NCBI GenBank assembly: GCA_965203555.1
Contig: CBDBCY010000004.1
Span: 1,728,001 to 1,792,000 of the forward strand
DNA: 64,000 nucleotides
DNA from: Acidimicrobiia bacterium
Lineage (GTDB): Bacteria > Actinomycetota > Acidimicrobiia > Spongiisociales > ZC4RG35
Reading direction: 5' to 3'
A program made the translations under genes and the position numbers. The notes under the pieces are model-generated. The model saw only the letters and a list, made by a program, of their open reading frames with translations, had not been told where the DNA came from and searched no databases. Positions 1 to 9,305 of the stretch are shown piece by piece; within the stretch, counting starts at the first letter, position 1, and each line of letters begins with the position of its first letter.

Positions 1-231
1 CTGTTGACTTTGAAGGATGCTGTCGAGTCGGTCCAGAGTCGGGGCGGCACTCTCAAAGACGCTTTCGAATCCGCCCACCGGGCGCTGGCGCCCCGGTACG
101 GGCGGTGGCCGATTTTCGAGCACTGTCTCCCCTTCGATGTCTCCCGGATTTGGGACGAGTTGGCCGGGGCCCAACCGGTGATCTGGACGACGGAGCGGGA
201 CCAGGCGATCTGGAACCAACTGCAGAGATAG
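1..231 (+). CDS. C-terminal part of an MBL-fold metallo-hydrolase (partial, runs off window start)
   Basis: C-terminus 'WPIFEHCLPFDVSR...IWTTERDQAIW' resembles MBL-fold hydrolases found beside hmgA; ends 3 bp before the next gene. Confidence 0.65.
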   Translation: MLTLKDAVESVQSRGGTLKDAFESAHRALAPRYGRWPIFEHCLPFDVSRIWDELAGAQPVIWTTERDQAIWNQLQR

Positions 232-234
232 AAC

Positions 235-1785
235 GTGCCCGACACTCAGGTGCTGATCGTCGGCGCCGGCCCGGTAGGAATGACCGCCGCTCTGCTTCTC
301 GCCAGGTTCGGGGTTGAATCGATCATGTTGGAATCCCGGTCCCGCCGTGACCCGATCGGTTCCAAATCCCTCTGTATCCAGGGGGACGTGCTGGAGGTGC
401 TGGAACGAGTCGGCATCGCGGAGAACCTCGTCTCCGAGGGGGTCACCTGGCAATTGGGGCGCACTTATTACCGGCGCCACGAGTTGTTCCGGATTACCTT
501 TCCCCGCACCGGCCAGGCCCACTTTCCGCCCTTCGTCAACATCGGACAGGATCGCGTCGAATACTGGCTGGAAAGAAGGGTCCGGGCCGAGCCTCTCACC
601 AGTATCCGCTACCGCCATCGGGTCGTGGGGATCTCCAACCATCCCGATCAGGTGGCCGTCACCGTCAGCCGGGACGGCCGAACCCACACCATAGCGGGCC
701 GGTATGCCATCTGCGCCGGCGGGGCCAGGGATCCGGGTCGCAGGCTCCTGGGAATCGGCTTTCCCGGGAAGTCGTTCGACGACCGGTTCCTGATCTGCGA
801 CATCCGGGCGGCGCTGCCTTTCGGCGCCGAACGCCGTTTCTTCTTCGATCCCCCTTGGAACCCCGATCGGCAGGTGCTGATCCATCCCCAGGCCGACTCG
901 GTGTGGCGAATCGACTGGCAGGTACCTCCCGATTTCGACCTGGAGCGGGCCCGCGCCTCCGGCGCTCTGGAGGATCTGATCAGACAGATTGTCGGCAACC
1001 AGGACTACGAGATTATTTGGATGTCGGTCTACCGATTCCACCAGAGGCTCGCTGATCGTTTCGCGGTGGGACGATCCTATTTGGCCGGGGACGCCGCCCA
1101 CCTGTACGCCCCCTTCGGCGCCAGGGGCCTGAACTCCGGCATCCAGGATGCGGAGAATATCGCCTGGAAGCTGGCCTCCGTTTTCCGCGGCTGGGCGCCC
1201 GACTCTCTTCTCGGCACGTACGAAACCGAACGCCGGGCCGCCGCCGAGGAGAATCTGGCGGCAACCGGCGCCACCATGGATTTCCTGGTACCCCGGGACG
1301 AGGCTGGCTGGCGCCGACGGCGGGCTCTTCTCGACCGGGCGATCACCGACGCAAGCGCCCGCCGTCTCATCGACTCCGGACGATTGGCGGAACCGTACGT
1401 ATACCTCGACTCACCCCTCACCACACCGGGAGCGGCGCCGGGGGAGACGGTGGAGAGCGCCACGCCGCCCGGAGCAGTGTGCCCGGACGGCCCCTGCCAA
1501 GTCGAAGCCCGTCCCGGGATCTTCCGACTCCGCCAGTTGTTCGGACAGGGGTTGGTCATGCTTTACCGGGACGTCAAACCTCCCGACCTGAACATCGGAC
1601 CGGTCCCGCTTGACATCTACGACCTCGACGCCATGGACAACCAGGGCCGACTGGGACCGCTCCTGGGCGTCGAACCCGGCCACGCAGCCCTGATCCGCCC
1701 CGACGGTCACATCGCGGCGAAGGTTCCCACCCGAGGGAGAATCCTGAACGCCGCGGCGCGCAGAGCGATTGGAGAAACCTTATGA
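235..1785 (+). CDS. FAD-dependent aromatic monooxygenase (MhpA/PheA-like)
   Basis: N-terminal GAGPVG FAD motif, LAGDAAH..PFGARGLNSGIQDA, C-terminal LIRPDGH. Confidence 0.9.
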   Translation: MPDTQVLIVGAGPVGMTAALLLARFGVESIMLESRSRRDPIGSKSLCIQGDVLEVLERVGIAENLVSEGVTWQLGRTYYRRHELFRITFPRTGQAHFPPFVNIGQDRVEYWLERRVRAEPLTSIRYRHRVVGISNHPDQVAVTVSRDGRTHTIAGRYAICAGGARDPGRRLLGIGFPGKSFDDRFLICDIRAALPFGAERRFFFDPPWNPDRQVLIHPQADSVWRIDWQVPPDFDLERARASGALEDLIRQIVGNQDYEIIWMSVYRFHQRLADRFAVGRSYLAGDAAHLYAPFGARGLNSGIQDAENIAWKLASVFRGWAPDSLLGTYETERRAAAEENLAATGATMDFLVPRDEAGWRRRRALLDRAITDASARRLIDSGRLAEPYVYLDSPLTTPGAAPGETVESATPPGAVCPDGPCQVEARPGIFRLRQLFGQGLVMLYRDVKPPDLNIGPVPLDIYDLDAMDNQGRLGPLLGVEPGHAALIRPDGHIAAKVPTRGRILNAAARRAIGETL

Positions 1786-3101
1786 ACGAATATCAGGAAC
1801 CCACCCCGCTACAGCATCCTCCCTATCTGTCCGGCTTCGGCGCACAGCTTGAGTCGGAAGCTGTGGAAGGAGCGCTGCCGACGGGACAGAACAACCCTCA
1901 AAAGCCGCCGCTGGGTCTTTACACTGAGCAGCTTTCCGGCACGGCTTTCACCGTTCCCAACCACCGCAACCGGCGCACTTGGTTCTATCGCATCCGCCCT
2001 TCGGTGCGCCATGCCTGGCGCTTCACAGAGGCTTCCAGTTACATGATCCGCACTTCTCCCTGCCGGGAGGAGGCGGCGGTCATCGGTCAGTTGCGGTGGA
2101 ACCCTCCGGCTTTCCCCGATCATTCCACCACCTTCGTCACCGGTATCCACACCATCGCCGCCAACGGGAACGCCCATCTGCAGACCGGAATGGCGGCTCA
2201 CATATACATGGCGACCGAATCGATGACCGACACCTATTTCTACAACGCCGACGGTGAGTTTCTGATCGTGCTGCAGGAGGGCAGCCTGCGATTCATCACC
2301 GAATGCGGGGTCCTGGTGGCCTCGCCCGGCGACATAGTGGTGATACCCCGGGGGCTGGTCTACCGCGTGGAGTTGACAGAGGCCCGGGCGAGGGGCTACA
2401 TCTGTGAGAACTACGGCCTCTACTTCGAACTTCCGGAAAGAGGCCCGATCGGCGCCAACGGTCTGGCCAATCCTCGCGACTTCCTACATCCCACCGCGTA
2501 TTTTGAAGACATCGAGAAGCCGGGCGAACTCTCCGTTAAATTCGACGGACGCCTGTTCTCGGTGGAGACCGACTACTCGCCGCTTGACGTGGTGGGTTGG
2601 CACGGGAACCACGTTCCGTACAAATATGACCTGCGGCTTTTCAATGTGATCGGCTCCATCAGCTTCGACCATCCCGATCCTTCGATCTTCACCGTATTGA
2701 CCTCACCTTCCCCCGATGAAGGGGTGGCGAACGTAGACCTGGCAGTCTTCACCGATCGCTGGTTGGTGGGAGAACACACCTTCCGTCCGCCCTATTACCA
2801 CAAGAACATCATGAGCGAATTCATGGGCATCCTCTACGGTCAGTACGACGCCAAGGAGGAGGGGTTCTCACCGGGGGGTATGAGCCTCCACAACATGTAC
2901 TTCCCGCACGGCCCCGATCACGACGCCTGGCTGAAGGCCACCACCTCCGACCTGGCGCCTGAAAAGCTGTCCGACACCATGGCTTTCATGTTCGAGACGC
3001 GTTATCCGCTGACGCCGACTCGCTATGCCGGGTCGATACCGGCCCTCCAGGAGGACTATCCCAGCGTGTGGCACAGCCTGGAAAGGCACTTTTCCGGTTG
3101 A
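1782..3101 (+). CDS. hmgA: homogentisate 1,2-dioxygenase
   Basis: GLYTEQLSGTAFT, WFYRIRPSV, SFDHPDPSIFTVLT, FRPPYYHKNIMSEFMG, HGPD, AFMFET; ATGA overlap with upstream gene. Confidence 0.97.
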   Translation: MNEYQEPTPLQHPPYLSGFGAQLESEAVEGALPTGQNNPQKPPLGLYTEQLSGTAFTVPNHRNRRTWFYRIRPSVRHAWRFTEASSYMIRTSPCREEAAVIGQLRWNPPAFPDHSTTFVTGIHTIAANGNAHLQTGMAAHIYMATESMTDTYFYNADGEFLIVLQEGSLRFITECGVLVASPGDIVVIPRGLVYRVELTEARARGYICENYGLYFELPERGPIGANGLANPRDFLHPTAYFEDIEKPGELSVKFDGRLFSVETDYSPLDVVGWHGNHVPYKYDLRLFNVIGSISFDHPDPSIFTVLTSPSPDEGVANVDLAVFTDRWLVGEHTFRPPYYHKNIMSEFMGILYGQYDAKEEGFSPGGMSLHNMYFPHGPDHDAWLKATTSDLAPEKLSDTMAFMFETRYPLTPTRYAGSIPALQEDYPSVWHSLERHFSG

Positions 3102-3151
3102 CCGGCGCCACCTGTGGCCATGCCGGCAGGAAACAACCCGGAGCAACCGCA

Positions 3152-4603
3152 TCAGGCCGAATGACGGCGAACGCCGTCCAGCGAGTCCAGCACGGACAGC
3201 CTTTCGGAGGTTGCCACAGCAAGATAGAGAGGCTGGGAGACATGGCCCCGTCCGCTTACTGCCAGCCTTCCTCGAGGACTGTCGAAACGGCGTCCCCTGA
3301 GTTTTCTCATCACCGACAGTCCCTGGGTGGTGCGGGCCTCACGTGCTGCGTCGCACCAAAGACGGACCGCGTTGTAGACGCTTTCCGACAAACCGGATAC
3401 GGGGGGAGCGCAATCTCCGAAGGCGGAAAGGTACCGGTCCAGGAATTGCCGGTTTTCAACCGTTCGAAGGTCCTTGAAGTAGCCGAGCACATTCCACATG
3501 CCATCGGCGGCAGGGCCGATGTGTTCCAAAGTTGTTTCGTCCAGCAGAGGGGCGAAGGTTCGGGTCGTGGAACGCAGTCCGGCCGCGGCGAATTCCCTTT
3601 CAAAACGCACTTGGTCCTGGCCCACGAAACTCGACACCACCAATTCCGCTCCCACAGTCGAGATATCCTCGATGAGCGCGTCGAAATTTCGGCTGCCCAA
3701 CGGCAGGTAGGACTCACCCAGGACGGCTCCTCGCATATTATGGATGATCCCCTGGGCCGTAGCGCCGATGGCCCGCGGCCAGGAGTAGTCGTTGCCCACC
3801 AAATACCATCGATAACCTCCCGTCTCGGCCGCCAACCGGGGCAGAGCCCGATGCAGTTGATCGATCGGGGTCTCCCCCAACCGCAGCAGCAAAGGATGGG
3901 TGCCCATTTCCTCACTGGTGGGTGCGTACAGGTAGGGAACCCCATCTTGGACAGGCATTTCTCTTACCGCCCTGTACGTGGCAGAACTGTGCATGCCTAC
4001 CACCGCTTGCACTCTATGCACCCGGAGCAAGCGGCGCATGGCCACCGCCGCGGTGTCGATGTCCGTCCCGTCGTCAGCTGTGACGATCCGTACCCGACGG
4101 CCGGTGACTCCCCCGTCGGCGTTTACTTCGGCTACGGCCATCTCTGCACAGTTGACGGTGGCCCGTCCAAAAATTCCAGCGGGACCGGAAAGCGAGACCA
4201 GCAGCCCGATTCTTATCTCATTGGCGGAAAGCGGTCCGGGAACATTCAAACCGAGCCGCTCGGAAAGCCATCCGATATCGCCGCTGTCGACTTCGACCAC
4301 CAGTCGTATTCTGGAACCGGCGCCGGACCGCTTGAACCGGCAACTCACTCGTCCCGACCACGGCGACTCATGAACAATGTCTATGCGGCGATAGGGGACA
4401 ACCCTGTGCACCCGGGCTACGCCCTCGGTGGCGCCCAGGCCGCCGAGGGGCACCATCATTCTGACCGGCGCGCCCCTTTTGAGATCGGCGATGTCGGCGC
4501 CGAACAGCCATCCCAAAGACTCATCGCCTGTGCCAAACTTTTCGAACAGGATGGCGGGAGGTAGATCAATGTCCATGAATCGGGAGAAGGCCAGAAGGGG
4601 CAT
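3152..4603 (-). CDS. SRPBCC-like domain fused to an AmiC/UrtA-type substrate-binding domain; no signal peptide
   Basis: IRIGLLVSLSGPAGIFG..EVNADGGVTGRRV..DDGT and YLVGNDYSWPR motifs; extra ~130 aa N-terminal domain; start moved to ATG 4603, just after the ArsR stop. Confidence 0.75.
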   Translation of the reverse strand: MPLLAFSRFMDIDLPPAILFEKFGTGDESLGWLFGADIADLKRGAPVRMMVPLGGLGATEGVARVHRVVPYRRIDIVHESPWSGRVSCRFKRSGAGSRIRLVVEVDSGDIGWLSERLGLNVPGPLSANEIRIGLLVSLSGPAGIFGRATVNCAEMAVAEVNADGGVTGRRVRIVTADDGTDIDTAAVAMRRLLRVHRVQAVVGMHSSATYRAVREMPVQDGVPYLYAPTSEEMGTHPLLLRLGETPIDQLHRALPRLAAETGGYRWYLVGNDYSWPRAIGATAQGIIHNMRGAVLGESYLPLGSRNFDALIEDISTVGAELVVSSFVGQDQVRFEREFAAAGLRSTTRTFAPLLDETTLEHIGPAADGMWNVLGYFKDLRTVENRQFLDRYLSAFGDCAPPVSGLSESVYNAVRLWCDAAREARTTQGLSVMRKLRGRRFDSPRGRLAVSGRGHVSQPLYLAVATSERLSVLDSLDGVRRHSA

Positions 4604-4613
4604 AGCCGGTTGA

Positions 4614-4952
4614 CTAGGCGGTCTTCTCTGCCGCGCTCCGGCCGGGCGCCGCTTCGAGCACAGCTTCCCGAAGTTGATCCAAAGAGTCGTGATAGACCGA
4701 CATGAGAAAGGAGACCACCGCATCCGCCCGGTTGGAACCCAGGGAATAGATGCGAAAACGACCCTCGCTGCGTTTTACGACCAGATTCGCCAACCGGAGG
4801 ATCCTCAAATGCGCGGAGACCGCGTTACGGCTCATGTGTGGAAAGGACTCTGCGATCTGGGTAACCGTGACGGCTTCGTTCTGGCCTATAAGGCACAGGA
4901 TCTCTCGTCTGGTGGGATCGGCCAAGGCTTGGAAAACTGTATCGTCGTCCAT
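4614..4952 (-). CDS. ArsR/SmtB family transcriptional regulator
   Basis: VFQALADPTRREIL...MSRNAVSAHLRILRLANLV...EGRFRIYSL. Confidence 0.92.
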   Translation of the reverse strand: MDDDTVFQALADPTRREILCLIGQNEAVTVTQIAESFPHMSRNAVSAHLRILRLANLVVKRSEGRFRIYSLGSNRADAVVSFLMSVYHDSLDQLREAVLEAAPGRSAAEKTA

Positions 4953-4973
4953 GTCAGAGAATAAGCAGTCGAT

Positions 4974-4993
4974 ATGTATCCATGTTTTTACAT
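4974..4993. promoter_or_regulatory. probable ArsR autoregulatory operator
   Basis: ATGTA-N10-TACAT inverted repeat in an AT-rich stretch about 20 bp upstream of the ArsR start. Confidence 0.45.
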
Positions 4994-5058
4994 GATAGGC
5001 GCCTCGGGCCGCCAGTCCCTCGAGAAGCCGTCCTCGTGGAACCGTCCGGCGGCGATCG

Positions 5059-5475
5059 TCAACGGAACAGAGTGAAACCTTGGTCAGCGAAGTCCCTGTC
5101 AAATGCCAGGGCCAGCTCCACCGAACACTTTCGCATCAGTTCGAATGAAGTCCAATCCGCCAGTGAAACATCTCGGCGACCGGCTGCGAGCATGGCGCTG
5201 ACCGCCCTGGTGTGCAATGCCTCATCAGGCCGGACCACCTGTATCACGTCCAGGAGATCGTCGTGAAGATCCCGCAGCGCCGACATTCCGAGCCGCCGCT
5301 GCACGAGTGCGCTGCTCTCCACGACAACTCCGTGATGGGTCAGAGCCGCAAGGCGCCCATCCTCAATCCCTTCCAGCAATCGATCCCACCCTGCGGCGGC
5401 ATCCTGGTGGACGGTGTCATCGCGGTCCAACAACGCGTACAGGGCAGACGTGTCGACCAAAACGGAGGTACTCAT
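5059..5475 (-). CDS. vapC: PIN-domain toxin, VapC family
   Basis: VLVDTSALYALL..D..H, VSLADWTSF, ALAFDRDF; overlaps the antitoxin stop. Confidence 0.93.
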   Translation of the reverse strand: MSTSVLVDTSALYALLDRDDTVHQDAAAGWDRLLEGIEDGRLAALTHHGVVVESSALVQRRLGMSALRDLHDDLLDVIQVVRPDEALHTRAVSAMLAAGRRDVSLADWTSFELMRKCSVELALAFDRDFADQGFTLFR

Positions 5476-5711
5476 ACCGAGAATGCGTCGTCCAGGGCCT
5501 CATCATGTCGGACGGCGGTTCTTGAGTGTCCTGACCGGTAAACACCGACCGGACGCCGCGCTCTTTGCACTCGTTGGGAGAGATCATCCTCGGCGAGCAG
5601 AACTTCCAACGCTTGGCGCATGAGAGAAGCCTGTGAAACGTTCCTTGCCCTGGCGAGCAAACGCAGGCGCTCGGCCTGTTCCTCCGTAAGGGATATCTGG
5701 GTACGGATCAT
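5472..5711 (-). CDS. vapB: ribbon-helix-helix (CopG-like) antitoxin
   Basis: MIRTQISLTEEQ..RL...A....VS.ASLMRQAL; directly upstream of vapC. Confidence 0.88.
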   Translation of the reverse strand: MIRTQISLTEEQAERLRLLARARNVSQASLMRQALEVLLAEDDLSQRVQRARRPVGVYRSGHSRTAVRHDEALDDAFSV

Positions 5712-5737
5712 AGCCCATCAATGATAACAACAAATGC

Positions 5738-5747
5738 CATCATGATG
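5738..5747. promoter_or_regulatory. palindrome, candidate vapBC operator
   Basis: perfect palindrome CATCATGATG 26 bp upstream of the antitoxin start, with related CATCAATGAT at 5716-5725. Confidence 0.4.
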
Positions 5748-5931
5748 TATTGAGAGATCAACAGGGTCCCTCCCCCGCGGGCCCGCTCGCACAAACACAC
5801 AGTACGCGCCACCACCTTTCGAGACCTTCACACACCGGCGACTCCAGACTCGGATCAACCTGATCTCTTGCCGGAAACCAAGGCAGGGTTAAGATTCCTC
5901 CTAAGTAGCAAACCCAACGGAGGAGCCTGCC

Positions 5932-7083
5932 TTGGTAGTCCCCATGAGTAATCTGGCCGCCGAGTACCGATCACTGAAAACCGAAATCGACGAGGCTGTG
6001 GGACGGGTACTGGCCAGCGGCAACTATGTTCTCGGCGACGAACTCGAGGCTTTCGAAGAAGCCTTTGCCGACTATGTGGGCGCCCGCTATGCAATGGGCG
6101 TTGGCTCGGGAACCGCGTCTTTGCACCTGGCCCTTGCGGCGCTGAATCTGGAGCCCGAAGACGAGGTCATCACCGTTCCCAACACCGACAACCCCACCGC
6201 CTCGGCGGTGACCCACGCCGGAGCGAATGTGGTCCTGGCAGACACCACCGAGGACACCTTCACCATGGATCCGGAGATGCTCGAGGAAAAGATCACTCCC
6301 CGCACCAAGGTGATCATCCCCGTTCATCTCTTCGGGCATCCCGCCGATATGGACCCGATCTGCCAGATCGCCGACCGGCACGGGATAACCGTGTTGGAAG
6401 ACTCGGCGCTGGCGGTGGGCGGCCAGTACAAGGGCCGGCGCACGGGAACCTTCGGACCGCTGGGATGCTTCAGCGTAGCGCCCGGAAAGATTCTGGGGGG
6501 CTACGGCGACGGGGGAATGGTGGTCACCGACGACCCCGATCTGGCCCACCGCATCCGAGTGCTCAGAAACTACGGCCATGCGCCTGGCATGCGGCTATCC
6601 GGAAAGGACCTGACCGGCGGGAGTGGTTGGAGGGTGTTGGAGGAGGGTTTCAACCAGCGGCTCGACACCATCCAGGCGGCGATCCTCAACGCCAAACTTC
6701 CCACCCTGGAAGATCGGATCGCTGGGCGCCGACGGGCTGCTGCCCTCTACCGGGAGATCTTTGCAGACACCCCGGTCACTGCGGTCCATGAGGCGCCATG
6801 GGCTCGTCACGTTTATTTCGCATACAACGCCATGATCCCCGAAAACATCCGCGACCAGGCGCGGGAGTATCTGGCGGCGCGAGGAATCGCCACCAGGCTT
6901 TACTACAACCCGCCCCTGCATCTGCATCCCGCCTATCGGTGGATGGGCCTCGGTCCTGGTTCTCTACCCGCTGCTGAAAAGACCGCATCGCGCATGATCG
7001 GTCTGCCTTGCTTCCCCCAGATCACCGAATCACAAGTGGAGGAGGCCGCGTCAACGCTACTGGAATTTGTGGGCGCTGCTTGA
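5932..7083 (+). CDS. DegT/DnrJ/EryC1/StrS family PLP aminotransferase
   Basis: GSGTASLHLAL, IIPVHLFGHPADM, FSVAPGKILGGYGDGG, NQRLDTIQAA; GGAGGA RBS upstream. Confidence 0.93.
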   Translation: MVVPMSNLAAEYRSLKTEIDEAVGRVLASGNYVLGDELEAFEEAFADYVGARYAMGVGSGTASLHLALAALNLEPEDEVITVPNTDNPTASAVTHAGANVVLADTTEDTFTMDPEMLEEKITPRTKVIIPVHLFGHPADMDPICQIADRHGITVLEDSALAVGGQYKGRRTGTFGPLGCFSVAPGKILGGYGDGGMVVTDDPDLAHRIRVLRNYGHAPGMRLSGKDLTGGSGWRVLEEGFNQRLDTIQAAILNAKLPTLEDRIAGRRRAAALYREIFADTPVTAVHEAPWARHVYFAYNAMIPENIRDQAREYLAARGIATRLYYNPPLHLHPAYRWMGLGPGSLPAAEKTASRMIGLPCFPQITESQVEEAASTLLEFVGAA

Positions 7084-7478
7084 GCGGCCGACAACCTCCG
7101 GGGGGACACGTATGCACTCCCTGTGCGATCCCGCTCCCTGTTTGATCTGACGCCTTGGTCCGGTTCTGCCTGACCCGCTCAATTCCAGCAGGCCCGCGCA
7201 CGCCTGCGCCGGATCGAGCAAACCAGGCTTCTCCGGGGAGACTGTGAGCAAACCGGCGGCCCACCGGGCTGCCCGACGGGTGGTGGGACCGTTGCGCGCG
7301 GTCCGCGGACAGGCATTGCCCGCCCCCTGTTTGGACTCTATTCATCCTGAGCCAAAGGCTGACCCTCCCTCTCCACCGATTCTGATTGATCTCAACCGCA
7401 GACCCAGGTGGAGAACGGTCCCGAGCACCGAAGTAAAGGCATGCCCGGGAGGCTGTTCCTGACTTTTGGTTCCCCTTC

Positions 7479-7787
7479 CTAGCAGGCCAATGCGTAGCGG
7501 ATAGCCTGGCACACCCTTCTCATCGCGAGTTCGTCGAGAGTCCCGACACGGCTCGCCAATGACGACCTCCTCACCGTGTGAAGACCGTCGCAGTTGACCA
7601 CGCAGACGCGGCGAAGTCCGGCGCGGGCGTAATCGAACTCGACTTCAGCGTGGAGGCCCCGGATGGTGGTCGTGATTTCGGCAACGGTGACCAGCCTTCG
7701 CACGTCGATGACCTCTGGACGCGTCACTATCAGGACGGGTCGCATCTTGCCCCCGGCCTGCGCCAGCCATATCTCACCTCGGGTCAT
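7479..7787 (-). CDS. mazF: MazF/PemK family endoribonuclease toxin
   Basis: MTRGEIW..GGKMRPVLIVTR...VAEITTTIRG...VVNCDGLHTV. Confidence 0.92.
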   Translation of the reverse strand: MTRGEIWLAQAGGKMRPVLIVTRPEVIDVRRLVTVAEITTTIRGLHAEVEFDYARAGLRRVCVVNCDGLHTVRRSSLASRVGTLDELAMRRVCQAIRYALAC

Positions 7788-7993
7788 TCGTCTCCCCACG
7801 CCTCGGCATCTGTCCAGAACGGATCCGGCTGCTCGGGATATCGCTGGTACGCCGCCCGATCGGATTGTACCAAGGAGGCACGGACCGCTTCTGCGACCCC
7901 GCGGCGAGCAGCGGCCGAGACGTTGATGCCGAGACGCCGCGCCTGCTCGGCCAGATCCTTGCTCAAAGTGAAGGTGGTGCGTATACCAGCCAT
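7784..7993 (-). CDS. type II antitoxin (CcdA/MazE-like RHH)
   Basis: RTTFTL..DLAEQARRLGINVSAAAR; ATGA overlap with mazF. Confidence 0.85.
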   Translation of the reverse strand: MAGIRTTFTLSKDLAEQARRLGINVSAAARRGVAEAVRASLVQSDRAAYQRYPEQPDPFWTDAEAWGDE

Positions 7994-8067
7994 ACTAAAA
8001 TGCTAGCACGAAGCGACGCTGCCTTCCGGCTATCGGCTGGCTGGAGCGCCGGGAGGCAGGGACGGAT

Positions 8068-8880
8068 TCAGGAGGCGGAGGTGAGATCGCGGATCAAGGC
8101 TTCGCGGGTGAGATCTTCCGATCTGGCCCGTAGGTCCAGGTAGAGCACGGTCCCGATCACCGAGGCGAGGGGCACGCTCCACAGGCTGGCGAGCAGAGCC
8201 GCCAGGAATCCGGGAAACAGCCTGTAGAGAACCGCCATGGGTGGAGCGATCACCGCGGCGGACAGCAGAAGCACCCCGATGGTTCTCCAGTAGTGGGGCA
8301 GGATCAGCTGCCATGACCGCCGAAGTGCGGCAACGGGGGCCTTTCCCTGGACCATCACCGCCATCGGAGCGGCCCACCACGCCACCCCCAGCGCGATGGC
8401 GGGGAGAACCATCACGAAAGTCCACACCAGGAAGGGCAGGATGAGCTCCGCAGGCGCGGCAAAGGGATCATCCGCATAGAAACTCAGTTGCTCCAGCATC
8501 CCGGGAGCGACCACCGCCAAAATGACGGCCCCGATCATGATCATCACCGTCGCCACCACCGCCACTCCCAGCGTGAAGATCAGCGACATCCCCAGCATCC
8601 TCCCGAATCTGCTCCACGCCGCCCGGACAGATTCGGCGGCGGAGACCGGAAGGTCGACGCAGTGGGAGGCCGTGATCCATATGAAAGCGCCGGTGGCCAG
8701 GAGTTCGGTCAGCAACAGCAGCAAAGTCATCAGCAATCCGATGCCGGGAAGCCACTGGAGCAACGAGGGGACTCCCACCAACGCCAGGCCGATCGCCATC
8801 AGCGCGCCGAATCGCTGCTTGTACAGGGACCAGGAGAACCCGACGACCTCTCCGGCTCGGAGCGGGCGAAAATCCTGCAT
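8068..8880 (-). CDS. integral membrane protein (resembles the glycerophosphodiester phosphodiesterase membrane domain)
   Basis: FRPLRAGEV start, 5-6 hydrophobic segments, ALRRSWQL and LYLDLRARSE motifs. Confidence 0.75.
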   Translation of the reverse strand: MQDFRPLRAGEVVGFSWSLYKQRFGALMAIGLALVGVPSLLQWLPGIGLLMTLLLLLTELLATGAFIWITASHCVDLPVSAAESVRAAWSRFGRMLGMSLIFTLGVAVVATVMIMIGAVILAVVAPGMLEQLSFYADDPFAAPAELILPFLVWTFVMVLPAIALGVAWWAAPMAVMVQGKAPVAALRRSWQLILPHYWRTIGVLLLSAAVIAPPMAVLYRLFPGFLAALLASLWSVPLASVIGTVLYLDLRARSEDLTREALIRDLTSAS

Positions 8881-9054
8881 CGAAAAGTTCCTCCTCAGAG
8901 GCCGGCGTCCCGTATCACCAGCGGGAAGTCAGCGGAAGACCGGGCCGTCACGGCCCACTCTCAGATTACCGTCGTCGCCGTGATCCGGGTTCCGCTATCC
9001 GCATCAGGAGCATATGTCCAGAGGGTCTGTGAAGGGTCGGACGACCGGCACGGG

Positions 9055-9270
9055 CTAAGGGTCCTTTCGGGCAGTGGCGTCCCTCACGTTGACTCGGAAC
9101 TCGATGACGACGCGCTCCGCCAGCCAGTCGGCGTCCTCGAGCGTCACCCTTGTGCATCCGTGGGAAGCCGGAGAGGCGGGCACGCTGGTGGCGCCATGGA
9201 TGGCGAACCCTCCATCGAAGTACCAGGGCCGATACAGTAGGCCGAGAGGAGCGCGGCCGGTCGAACCCGC
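9055..9270 (-). pseudogene. L,D-transpeptidase (YkuD) catalytic-domain remnant
   Basis: LYRPWYFDGGFAIHG..SVP..PASHGCTRV; no N-terminus or start, abuts the amidase stop. Confidence 0.7.
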
Positions 9271-9305
9271 CCGGTGAAGAGCCAACCGAAACGTCGACTG
9301 CCGCT

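Noticed and set aside
3068-4564. Long ORFs such as 3068-4564 (+), 9150-10790 (+), 14372-15604 (+), 19314-20822 (-), 21094-22686 (-)
   Set aside because: Antisense shadows of well-supported genes in high-GC DNA, with no motifs of their own.
7057-7251. Possible tyrosyl-tRNA synthetase S4-domain remnant (RRQIKQGA)
   Set aside because: Similarity limited to a few residues; cannot be supported by eye.
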